Assembly (NCBI RefSeq): GCF_036321535.1
Contig: NC_087447.1
Coordinates: forward strand, 47,122,001-47,186,000
Reading direction: 5' to 3'
DNA: 64,000 bases
DNA from: Camelus dromedarius
Lineage: Eukaryota
The translations under genes were made by a program, and so were the position numbers. Below the pieces are notes generated by a model that was not told where the DNA came from, searched no databases, and saw nothing but the letters and a program-made list of their open reading frames with translations. The first letter of the stretch is position 1. Each line of letters begins with the position of its first letter. Shown piece by piece: positions 23,851 through 35,585 of the stretch.

Positions 23851-26800
23851 TCTACTACCTACACACCAGTTCACAGAGGTTTTTTCCCAAGGTTTTAATT
23901 TGTGTTCGTTCATTCATTCAGAGATACTTTTTGAGAGCCTTCTATGCGTCTGGCACTGGGCTAGGTGCTAGGGACACAAAGGTGAGTAAGAAGGCAATGT
24001 CTCTGCCCTCAGGGAGCTCCTGATCCTGCTGAGAGCAGATGGGCAAGTTTATTTCAGTATCTTGTGCCTTGATTACAGGCCTCAGCATAGAGAAGGCTGG
24101 CTTCAGCTTAGGTTAAAAGAGTTCCTATGGAAATTCAAACACGTTTGGTTACTAAAAGCCACAGTTTAAACAAGGCCAAATCACAACTACTGGCTTTGGG
24201 AACAGAAGTGTACAGTGAAACACAACTTGTGAATTTTTCTGTATGATATTTTGCTCTTATAGTCCAAATTTGGTCTTTGGCTGGGACTTTATTTGTAACT
24301 ACAGACTGTCTCACAAGTGGCTGTGGTGTCAGAGCAAAGTGATTTAGCCAGCAGGGCTACCCAACTCTCCATTTCTTACCCACCCTGTGGGGACTGCTTC
24401 AGCACAGACATAAACATGCTCCTGCCGTTACCTTATTGCACTCGTCACATGGGGAGGCTAGAAGGCTTGATTCAGGGATATGATTGGATTTTAAATCCCA
24501 GTCTCCCAGGATTTTAATTACTGGTCTGGGGCAGCAGGGCGAGGCGCTGGCTGCCTTTGGATGGAGGAGGTCGATACGCCACTCCACAACATATTGAGCC
24601 ACAATGCCTGCAGACTCTATTGCTCTATTTAATCATCTTTTGCAAAATTTACAGTGGAACAGGAGGGATCAATACAGAATTTATCACATTCTCTTGTAAA
24701 TATGAGCCGGCAAAGAGTTCCAGGCAGTTTGTTACTGAGTGGGAGGGAACATGTCTGTGTACAGCTGGGCATTAGGAGATGAGACAAAATCCATACTTCT
24801 TGGCATAAGCTACAGATGCTCAGCCAGTCTCTGCTAAGCCTGAAGGCAAGTTCAATGGGAAGAACACTGATTCATTCATTCATCCATTCGATTAACCACC
24901 CAACATTCCCGAGCACCTATTTTGTGCTCCTGTATAGGCAGGCTCTGGGGACACAGCCGGAATTCTGCTCGAGACCGTAACCAGAGACCACAGTGGCTCT
25001 GCCACTCACAGTGGTGGGACTTGGGAAAGTTACTTAGCAGCCTAGTGCCTCGGTGGATGTGTATGGGAAATGGAGGTTAAGAGTATTAAACTTGCAGAGC
25101 AATTTTAAGTATTAAAAGAGCTTGGTACAAAGTGACAACTCAATAAGTGACAGCTATTGTTATCTTTACTACAACTACCATTATTAACCATTCCTTCCTA
25201 CAACATGTCTCACTAGTGGTATACGCGCAGAGATGGGGTGTTGAGCAGGGAGCCAGCCACCCCATCTCTTTAGCAGACAGAAGGGAGACTAAGTGGCTTT
25301 CCACAGGATGGAGACCCCGTCAGGGCTACTGGCAGCAGAATCAGAGGAACAGACAGAAGAGGGTATATGAAGAGACAAATGCTAAACTATGTCTTTTGAA
25401 GCTCCGGTTGCAATCTTTAACACAATAAGGTATCTTCCAAGAGCTGCTATGGGGGAACAGAGTGAGAAGTGATTCACATCATGTAGGTAAACTAGGAAAA
25501 GCGACAAGAAGAAATATAAATGAATTGGCTCTTGAAGGCTCAGTAGGAGTTTGACAGGTGGAAAAGTGGGAAAAGGGCATCCCAAGCAGAGAAAAGTGAA
25601 TGAGCAAGGGTTTGGAGGCAGGAAAGGCTCTGTGCTAAGGAATGAGGAGTTGAGTGGGCCTATGGCAGAGGCAGTTCCTGTGTCCCCAGGCCCACATGGC
25701 AGCAGGCATGACCCTCTGGTCCCAATCCTGAAGCAAACAATCATCCGTAGCCTGTCTTGGAGATAGAGTGGTAGAAGATTCACAGTGGATGGCAGAAAGA
25801 CTTGCATACTGGGTTAGACATCTGAACTTATCGCACAAGCATCAGGAATTACTGAAGGTTTCCAAAAAGGGGAGTGACAGGGTTTTGTGGGGTAAAGGCT
25901 GGTTTAGAAAGGAGACTAGAGGTAAGGAGACCAACAAGAAGGCTGTTAACAATAGTCCACATGAAACTGATGAAGCCCGAACAAGGGTACTGGGGACAGA
26001 GGAGAGAGGATGGACTTGAGAGAAAAATTCTAAGAAAGATGTGATGGAAAGTGAGGGTGAACCCATCAGACTTACTTATAAATACTTTCTTCTTTAGGTG
26101 ACCAGTAATGATGATGCTATTCACCAAGTAGGGAATATGGAAGAAAGTCCAAGAGGGACTACTGCTATTTGGATACAATGAGTATGAGATGTCTACAGAA
26201 TATTAAGCAACAGCAGAGCTACTGGAGACATGAAAATGCCTGATTTGTTCTAAGGCAAATATGTAGGCCAGCCTGCTAGAAAAGTGATATGAAAGTGGGG
26301 AAATGAACGTTCAAACATACTTCATACACAGAGTTATTTAGGTGAGGAAAAGGGCAAAAGCAAAAACTCCTGCCAAGGATTTCTGTTCAATGCAAACCTA
26401 AGGTAGGGGTTTTCTAGCTGAGGGGTAATGTTCTGAATAGCACATGACATAGGCACTGGAAGTATGGGAATCCTTAGCTCATTTTCATTTGGGGCAAGTT
26501 TCCTGTAAGTCGTGGACTTTCAGGAGGCCAGTCCCATTCTGCTCTCTCCCCACAATGCAGCATAGACTACCCTTAGAGGTGACAGCAGGCTCTGTGACCA
26601 GAAAGCAGCTGGGGGCAACTGTCTGCAGGGAGGAAAAGGCTCTGGAAAAAGCTAAGTTCAAAGTGGACTATAATAAAAGCCTGGGCCCCTGGGCTTCAGC
26701 AACCCTCCTCCCCCTCCCATAAGTGACAGCTGAGACCAAGGCAGCCAAGCGTGGGTCTGGGCTGAATTTAGCAGTCGTAATTATACCGCTGACGTCTAGG

Positions 26801-28419
26801 GCAGAGCCACAGTCTCTACAGAAGGCAGCAGCTTTTATTCATGCATTAAAAACACACCATCTTCAAACATGCTAATCGCATGTCTGCTTCCATCTAACAA
26901 CATTGAAGGGAGGCCGAGGAAAGGGCACACAATGCCCACACATCTGGCTAATTCAGTTATAAGGCCAATCAATCTTGATGGGTTGTCTATAAAACACCAA
27001 CTACCCCAAAGGACTGAACTGACCAGATGTTTAAGCTTCTGTTGACCAATCCTAGCCTAATGTCCGTAGCAGGGAAGAGGGGTTATCAAGAGATGGCTGG
27101 CTTATGCTTCCACTCACATGTCTACCCCCAATCTAAGTAAAGCCTTCTGCTTGGATGAGAAGTATTAGTACATTACAGTGGTGGTTGGAATGAAGTACAA
27201 GTCAAACACACAGACTTTCACTAGGACCTTAAGGAAGATAGGAGGCCTAATTTACAGTTGGCTTTAAGAATACCTGCAGAAACAGAAACCAATGAAATAC
27301 TTTTGCTAACTGTACTTCCCAGTATGGAAAGAATCAGGAATACAGAGGCAAGTATCTATAAACTATGATAGTAAATGCCACAGACTGCAGTTCTGGGCAC
27401 AGGAACTGTAGTTCATTACTTTTCAAACCCCCATCAAGGTTGAAGGAATTACCCATCTCCCTCATAAAACTGTTGCTTAAAAAAAAAAACCCAAAAAACA
27501 GAAGCCACTGCAAAAAGGACTTTTCCAATTAATGCTCCTTCCTTTACGCCCAACCACAGGCATCAGGTAACGGTCAAAGACAAAAGTGGAAGGGTAGTGG
27601 GGAGACTGGGAACAGGAGAAGACAAGGAATAGACTTGTAATCTACACCAAGAGGACCATTTTTGACCCAGAGCATCTTGCTAGTGTTAATGATTGCATTT
27701 TCTCAGAAGTGCTTTTCCCTGATTAATTCTGTCTCAGAGCTGAGGCTGCATGACAAACCACATGGATGGACTTGGATAAAGGAAACCTCCAACTTTTTAG
27801 AAAGTGATGAGAGAGAAGCACAAATTAAAAATTAGGTCTTTGTTGGTGATGTCCTGTGTCCAGAACAGTACCTGGCACATAGCTGGAGTTTAATAAATAC
27901 TTGCTGACTGAATAATTATGCCCCAGTTATGATGCAACTGAGCTATTTTCCTTCAATGTTCTTGTCAGGAGAGGCCTCCTACAGTCCCCAGTAATACTGC
28001 TGGGACAGCAGCATTCATGGAGATCAGGAGAGCTTTCTCTCAGCCTGCATGAGCAGGGGGCAAAGTGGTATGGGAGGTAAGGATAGGACCTCAGTATCAC
28101 CCCCAGGAATCTCTTCTTCCTCTGCCCAGGGATGCAGTAACCAGTGCTGCTGACCAATTCTGTCGCCTTTGGATTCTTTTCTACCTTGATTTCCATGATA
28201 CACAATAGCTATAATTTTGTCTTCTTTGCAGGTTCCTGTTCATTCTTCTATCCCAAGTTATAGGTGACACCCAAGGCTGAGTCCTTAGCCCCTATCCCTT
28301 TCTCTCTGTATGTATTCTCCTTTAAAAAATTATTCTAATTTGCACAGTTTAAACTACCCTAGTGGTTCTCAATCCTGGCTATACATTAAGATTATACAAG
28401 AAGTAGTAAAACCATATCA

Positions 28420-29400
28420 ATCCAAAATCGGAGAAAATATTTGCAATATGTATCACAAAGTAACACACAGAGAACTTTTAAATCAAGAGGAAAACAAAGA
28501 CCAAAAGCCCTACAGAAAAATGGGCAAAAAATATGAATAGACAAGTGACAAGATAAAAATGGCTCTTAAACATACGAAATGATGTCCACTTCACTCATAA
28601 TAAGGGAATCAACTAAAACTACACTGAAATGCTATCTCTCTCACCTATTAGACTGGTAAAAATTCAAAAGCTTGGCTATATACTCTGTTGGCAAGGCTGT
28701 GAGAAAATAGACACTTCCCTATATTACTAGTGGGAATGCAAAATGGTACAACTTCTACAGAGGAGAAATTTGCAATATCTAACCAAGGATGTGCATTTAT
28801 CCTATGACCCAGCAATACAGCTTCTAGAACTTTACTGTAAAGACACATTTCCCACAATCCCAAAATGTACATGCAACAGGTTATTCACCATAGTATTATC
28901 TGTCATTGTAAAATATTGGAAACTTTAGTGTCCAAGCATAGGATATATAGCACAGACACACAATGGAGTACTATGCAGCTGTAAAAATTGAGGACAATCT
29001 CTGTGAAATGATATTGAGTGAGTTCCAGGAAATATGGTTAAGTAAAAAAGCAAACTGCAAAAGAGCATATAGAGTATACTATCTTTTATGTAGGAAAAAG
29101 GGGAAATAAGAAAACAGATGTATATTTACTTATACAAAGAAACACAGGAAGGATAAGCTAGAAAACAATCAAAACTGGTTATCTACAAGGGGTCAGGGTT
29201 TACTAAGGAGAGCAGAAAAAGGTTGAAAGGGACATAGGAGGGAGTTTTACTTCTCTGAGTATACCTTTTTGTACAGTTTTCAGAAAAAAGTTAATGTTCC
29301 ATATATTCAAACAACAAAATTAAAACAAGGATAGGAAGGGGAGAAAAATCCTAAAGCTGAAAGCAAATTGAAAAAACAGACCCAACCGTATTTCAGTTGT
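28420..29400 (+). mobile_element. Old L1 (L1MC/L1ME-like) ORF2 end and 3' UTR
   Basis: 'ggagaaaatatttgcaa', 'aaaaatgggcaaaa', 'gtgggaatgcaaaatggtacaac', 'tatgacccagcaat'. Confidence 0.85.
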
Positions 29401-32400
29401 GATAATCTGTTTACAGCAGCAATAGGGAGGATACATAAGAAAAGCTACAATGGTTGCCTCTGAGGAGGAGGACCAGCGATGTGGAAGGGAGACTTTCTTT
29501 TCACTATCCATCCTGACATTGCTTGATATTTTTATCTTTTACATTTTTTAAAGTAAAAAAATCACTACAGCTGTGAAACAAGCCAACAGCCAACAATCAC
29601 TTCAGGTGCTCTCTATTGACTTCACAGTTGGTTTTGTGAATAATCATCCCCAAGGTCCTCCAGGCTCGGGCCTCCCTACTCATTATCCGGCAGGTAGCTG
29701 GTTTCTTCCAGGTCTTTAACATGCCAGGCTCATTTCTGCTGCCTCACCTGAAAAAATTCCTTCTTCTCCCTGCTGAGGGTTTGAATTCTACCTGTCTTTC
29801 TAGGTCTCCTCCTCCGTGAAGTCTTCTATAATGCCAACACTGATCTTTCCTCCTCATTCATTATACTCATTGTTTTTTTCTGGCCTCTGTTTATGTTTAA
29901 TTTGGAGTCTCATTACCTACTGTTATGGTGTTTTCACTGTTCTTAGTGTATGGGCTTTTCACCAAATCTGCACTCTTGCAGTCTGAAGGAAAGGCCTGTA
30001 TCTTTTTTTCTTATTCCTGTAATGCCTAGTTTATGCCCATTTGTAAGTGAACTTAGTCAGCAAACATCTACTGAACAAAACACTGACTGAGCATCTATTG
30101 TGTGCTAAGGATAGGGCAAGGTGCTGGGGATATAAGCCCTGCAGATTCAGACCCTACCTTCAGGGAAAGTGCTGTGTAATACGAGAGAGATCTATTAATC
30201 AAATAACTATATAGCTAAATGTAACTACATAGCTAAACTGTGATAAAGAAACTATACACGATGCTTTAAGAGCAGAGGAACTTAGAAGGACACTGGTGGT
30301 CAGCTGCAGGAAAATAATTAGTAGCTGCTGAATAAATATGAATACTTAGATTTGCAATTAAATAAATCAGAGGGCAATGTTTCATTCAGAATCACAAAAT
30401 ATGAAAATGGAAGGGAGCTCTGAGATCGCAGTCCAGCTATCTAATTTTACAGAAGGGGAAAATGAGGCTCAGTGAGGGGGAAGGGACTTCCTCAAGGTCC
30501 CACAGCAAGGTCGAGTTAGTGCAGGTCACCTGAGCCCAGTCAGCATTTCCCATCGCACACGGTTCATTAAGGGAGTCTCTGAAGGATTCCTAAAGTGGCA
30601 AGCTCCTTCTGCTACATGTTAAAGAATTCATTTCCAAACAATGTTCAGTAAAGAGATGGTGGGATCAGCCTATAAAGAGTATCTCTGCTGTATTCTCCCT
30701 GAAGGAAACTCCTTTAGGGAAGGGAACCTTGGTTCTGACCCATCTGACCCTGGGATGGGTCTCTGCTGCTATTCGGCAGGCCCTGACCTTCAGATTGATG
30801 CTCCCTGTCTTAAAATGCAGTGTTCCCCCTTCTCTGTGCATTCTGCACAAGAGTATATTCACTGGAGGGGCATGAGTGGGCTGGCAAAGGGCAGCTGGCC
30901 CTGCCGTGGGAAATCAGAATCCTACTCAGATGTTTCCAGGCCTAGTGCAGGTGGAGGAGAGCATAGAACACACAACAGACCCGGCCCAACTGATGCTGAC
31001 CTCTCCCTTACCCAAGGGAGCCTCAGCCTCCAGCTGCCACTGTTGGTGGTGATGAGGTCATGCCGGATACCCGCCAGGCTCATCCGAGGACTGCTTGGAG
31101 CCGATTAAAGCCTTGATGAAATGCGGGTGCCTGGATGGCAGGTGGCTCTGGAGAGCTTGGGCTCTGGTACCCAGGCGTGCTCATCTCTAACTATTTAGTA
31201 ACTCCTCTATGTCCACAGAGTCTGGCATACAGAAATACCTTTCCCTGGGGGAAAGCAAGGACAGTTCACCATTCTGCACTGGTTCAGGGGCTGACTAGGC
31301 CAAGGGTAGAGGACAGGACACAGGGACACTGATGATCCCTTTTAGCCCTGACCATGAACTGTAACAACAGCAGCACAAAATCCCTCCATGCCCGATGGTG
31401 TCCCTGACTAGACTGCTGGGTCCCTTCAGATGACTAATAGCCATCACTCTCCCCAGGCTTTCCTCAAGTTAAGTGACAGGCTAACATCTATACTTCAGGT
31501 CTCCACATGTATGCCATTTGCTCAGGGAAGACTTCCCTCACCCGCTTCAGACTAGATTAGATCTCCATTACACTTTCCTGGTACCCTCAACTCTTCCTTA
31601 ATAATACTTATCTCAGTGGTAATTAGCTAGTAATTTTGTGGTTATTTGCCTAATGTCTAATACTCTGCCAGACTTCAAGCTTCACAAGAATGGGGAGTGC
31701 TACACTTAAAGTAATTACTGGAAATCAATAAAAAGACCAGTATGGGCAAGAGAAATTTTTATAGATAAGTTTTCAATAGTATTCTTTAAAAAGAAACTTT
31801 TATATACAACAAAGGGGCTCCTCCTATACATAATCAACTTTCCAGCCTGTAACCAGTCACCTTTCAAGCCAATCTTTTCTGGTTTTGAGTGATGGAGGAT
31901 TTTTTTCTTTCTTCTTCTTTTTTTAAAATAGCTTTACGTATCATAAATGATAAATTTATCATATGCATAAATGTATCATAGCTTACCCATTTAAAGCATA
32001 TAATAGTTTTTAAAAGTCTACTTACAGAGTTGTGTAACCATCACAATAATCTAATTTAGATTTTCAAATCCTTGAAAGAAACTTTGCACTCATTAACAGT
32101 CACTCCCCATTCCTCCCACAGAAAATTGCTGGCATGGATGGTTTTTAGCTCTGCGTTCAAACAACTGGAAGAAAACTTTAGCATCCAAACATCTGACATG
32201 ATTTCCTTACCATATAGATGAAAAAAGTAATGCCACAGAGGAGCTGTGATCTGCCAAAGGTCCTACAGGGATGAGATGGTGGCAGAACTGGGGCAGATCA
32301 TGGTCCCCAATTCCTGCATCCTAATGGCAGTGCTCTGACCTCTCTGCCATGCAGTGTATCTGTGTATCCCAAACTGTCTACCCCACAGGACTGTAAGCTA

Positions 32401-32479
32401 CTTGAGGGCAGAGGCTATGTTCTGCTCTTTTGTCTTCCACTCTTGCCCAGGAGTACCATTACAGCAACGATGCTTAAAT

Positions 32480-32735
32480 TGTAGTTCAGGTACTGGTGCT
32501 GGTGTGTGAGCATTGTTACCAGTCCTTGATGAGATAAGCATAATAAGTGAGAGAAAGTGTGTGGAAACTTTTATAGCAACTTAAGAGTAATTTTATCTGT
32601 TGAACCTAATGACAAATTTGGGCCTGTATTTTGTATGCCTTTTTAAAATAAAATTTATCTAATATTTTGTTTTCATCGTATTTTACAGAAGCATTGTTAA
32701 AAGATGGGTTTTTCACAAATTGAGAAGCACAGCCT
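32480..32735. mobile_element. hAT-Charlie (Charlie4-like) DNA transposon fragment
   Basis: 'gaaacttttatagcaact...gagtaattttatctgttgaacctaat...gggcctgtattttgtatg' resembles Charlie4 as I recall it; ends in 'ttgagaagcacag'. Confidence 0.55.
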
Positions 32736-33079
32736 TAAAGCAACCCCTTCTCCACTGTCTCTGCTTTTCTCTTCCCTCTCTGTTCCCTTGAATCTCTTGC
32801 ACTGGCTCCTCTTCTCATGTTCACACCTGACAGGTAGGTTCTCTCAGTTGTGTCCTTAGGCCTCTTTCACTCTATAACTTTCCATGGACAATTCAGACTA
32901 AGCCAGATTCCACTACTCCCAAGAGACTGACAGCTCTCAAACCTTCACATCCAACTTACAGTCCTGTCTCTCCTGAGCTTCAGCCCATTGAGCCAACTGT
33001 CTGCTACACATCCCTACAGGAGTGTCCCGCAGGCTGCCTGGTTAGTCAGCAGCGATTTATCAATCACAGGCCAGCATGA

Positions 33080-34740
33080 CTGTTTTCCTAGGAGACGTGA
33101 ATATGGCAGTAAAATAAAGACACAAGGTCTCTGATCACAAGGCTTACATCCCAGTTGGGAGAGAAGAAGGTGACAAACATGTAAACAAATAAACATGCTT
33201 TTAGGGACTGATAAATACCATGAAGAATATAAAATCGGGTCGTATGATAGAAAGTGACTGGGTGAGCTATTTCACTATGGTGGTCAGAAAAGACCTCTCT
33301 GAAGAAGGGACATCTGAGTTGAGACCTGAATTACCATGGGTAAGGTGCTGCCATCACTGGGAGAGGTTTGTACAGAGGCCCTGAGGTGGCAAGGAGCTCG
33401 GTGTGCCTGAGGGACGATAGAAGGCCACTGGAGAGCAGTGATCAAGCCAGGTGGGGTTGTGGCTAGAGATGAGGTCACAGGGGCAGCAGGGTCTAGGTCA
33501 CATAGAGCCTTGTAGGTTCTGGTAAGGAGTCTGGATTTTAATTTGGTTCACTGGTATGCCAACAGAGGGTTTTAAATAGGAGAGAAACAGGGTTTATGAT
33601 TTTAAAAGATCCCCCTGGCAGTTATTTGGAGGATGGATTCAGGGAGACACAAATGGAAATGTTGAGACTAGTCAAGAAGCTGTGGTGATCGTCTAGGCAT
33701 TGGGAAAGGCAAAAAGGAATGGTTCAAGATGTACTTTAGAAGTACAGCTGATGGGGGTGGGGGGGTGGCAGGGTGAGGATATAGCTCAGTGGTAGAGTGG
33801 GTGCTTAGTATGCACAAGGTCCTGGGTTCAATCCCCAGTACCTCCACTGAAATAAATAAACCTTAAAAAAAAAAAAAAAAAGAAAAAAAGCACAGCTGAC
33901 AGGACTTACTGAAGGATTTGATAGGTAGTGTAAGGAAAAAAGAGAATTCAAAGATGACTAAGCTTTGTGGCCCAAAAACTAGGTAGATGATTGTATCATT
34001 TATTGAGATGATATTATTTAGGGGATGTCAATCTTGGGAGAAAAACAAAAGATATTTTGGCCATGATACATTAAGACTGAGGAAAAACTGGAGCTGGGGA
34101 AGTGAATTAAGTGGTGGACTTTAAACCATGAAGGGATGCAGAGAAATGAGGCAGCAGCTGGAGGCAGATATGGGGGTCAGGAGAAGTTTTTAGTTTACTT
34201 TGTTGTTTAAGGTGGATGATATTAAGGCATGTTTCTATGCTGATGGGAACAAGCCAGCAGAGAGGAGAAAACAGATCATGCAGGAGAGACGGGGGATCAC
34301 CGAAGGAGCAAAGTACTTGAGAAAGTGAGAGGAAGCAGGAGCCTGAGCCCAAAAGCAGAGGTGATCTTAGGAACTTCTTCCACTGTAGAGGAGGGAAGGC
34401 AGCATACAGAGGTATAGATGCAGGTAGGAAGTGATGGTGGGAAGATGAAGGAATTCCCTTCTGATTGCAATCTATTTTCCTGAAGTGTGAGGTGAGATCA
34501 TTAGTTTGAGAGTTGGGGAAGGAGAGTGCTGGGGGTTTCAGGAGAAAGTATAAAAAAGTTGCCTTGGTCCAGATTTTACTCAAGAAGTGTAGTTGGGTGG
34601 TTGGCAGTGTTGAGTGTCTGAGATTCAAGGACATAAATGTAAAGTGAGTCCAGTTAGCTTGGTTGTGTGACTTTTTTCTCCAACAATATTCAGCTCTTCA
34701 GATACAGACATGAAGTGCAAAGAAATTGGGCTTAACTAAG
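33080..34740 (-). mobile_element. Fragmented L2 LINE, interrupted by a SINE
   Basis: L2 text 'ggtcagaaaagacctctctgaagaagggacatctgagttgagacctga' and 'tttaaaagatccccctggcag'. The minus-strand remnant NDLTSHFRKID resembles degraded L2 ORF2. Confidence 0.75.
33752..33887 (+). mobile_element. tRNA-Ala-derived SINE, vic-1-like (camelid)
   Basis: Pol III A box tagctcagtgg (33782-33792), B box ggttcaatcc (33825-33834) and an A tail. TSD aagtacagctga (33740-33751) / aagcacagctga (33888-33899). Confidence 0.85.
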
Positions 34741-35169
34741 ATTAGTGTTTTATCAGATGAGTACAAAGAAAGGACAAAGAAGCAAGGGAACAGAACACTG
34801 GAAAATGAAATCTAAAAGTAGGAGGAAAGGAGAAAGAAAATGTTCAAAGCAGAACCAATCATTCCCTTGTACCTCCAATCCACCCATACCTTCTCCCTGT
34901 AGTTCTTACCTCAGCACAGGTGCATGCCATCTACTGAGCCAACCAGTCCAGAATCTGGACCTGATCTTGACTACTCTTCTCTCACCATCCAGTCCTATTG
35001 ATTCTACTCCTAAATCCTGGAAACAGTCCCCTTCTCTCTTTTCCCCCCTGCAACTACCTTGATTTAGGCCTCACTGAGACAATTGAAACAGCTTTCAAAT
35101 GAAATACTTTCCCTTTCTCCAATCATGCCTCTCCTAATCCATTTTCCCCCTATTTTTCTCTAAACTTCT

Positions 35170-35585
35170 TTCAAGTATAACATATATACAGAAAAGTACA
35201 AAAAAATATATAAGGATACAGCTCAAAGAACTTCCACAGTTGGATACATAACTAGTATCTAGATAAAGAAACAGAACATTATGCGTATCAGAAGCCCCTA
35301 TATGCCCTCTCCAGTCATACCTGCCCCCTTGAGGGAATCCACCATCCTGACTTCTTACACACTAGGTAGTTTTGTCTATTTTGAACTATAACTATGCATC
35401 CAAATGCAGTCATATAGTTAGTACTCTTCGAAGTCTGATTTGTGTCCAGAATGTTAGGTTGGTGAGACTCATCCACACTGAGCAAGAGTCCATTTGTTTG
35501 TTCATTCATTCATTCTATATATTATTCCATTGTGTGAACAGTCCATAATTTACTTATCTATTCAATTACTGATATACATTTTTGA
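35170..35585 (-). mobile_element. L1ME-like 3' fragment
   Basis: 'agataaagaaacagaacatt', 'accatcctgacttct', 'tattccattgtgtgaa...ccataatttacttatc'. Confidence 0.75.

Noticed and set aside
33771..33846. Apparent tRNA gene
   Set aside because: It has an A tail, a TSD and imperfect stems, so it is a tRNA-derived SINE.
34107..34634. 175-aa minus-strand ORF
   Set aside because: It lies within degraded L2 sequence and shows no intact reverse-transcriptase or endonuclease motifs.
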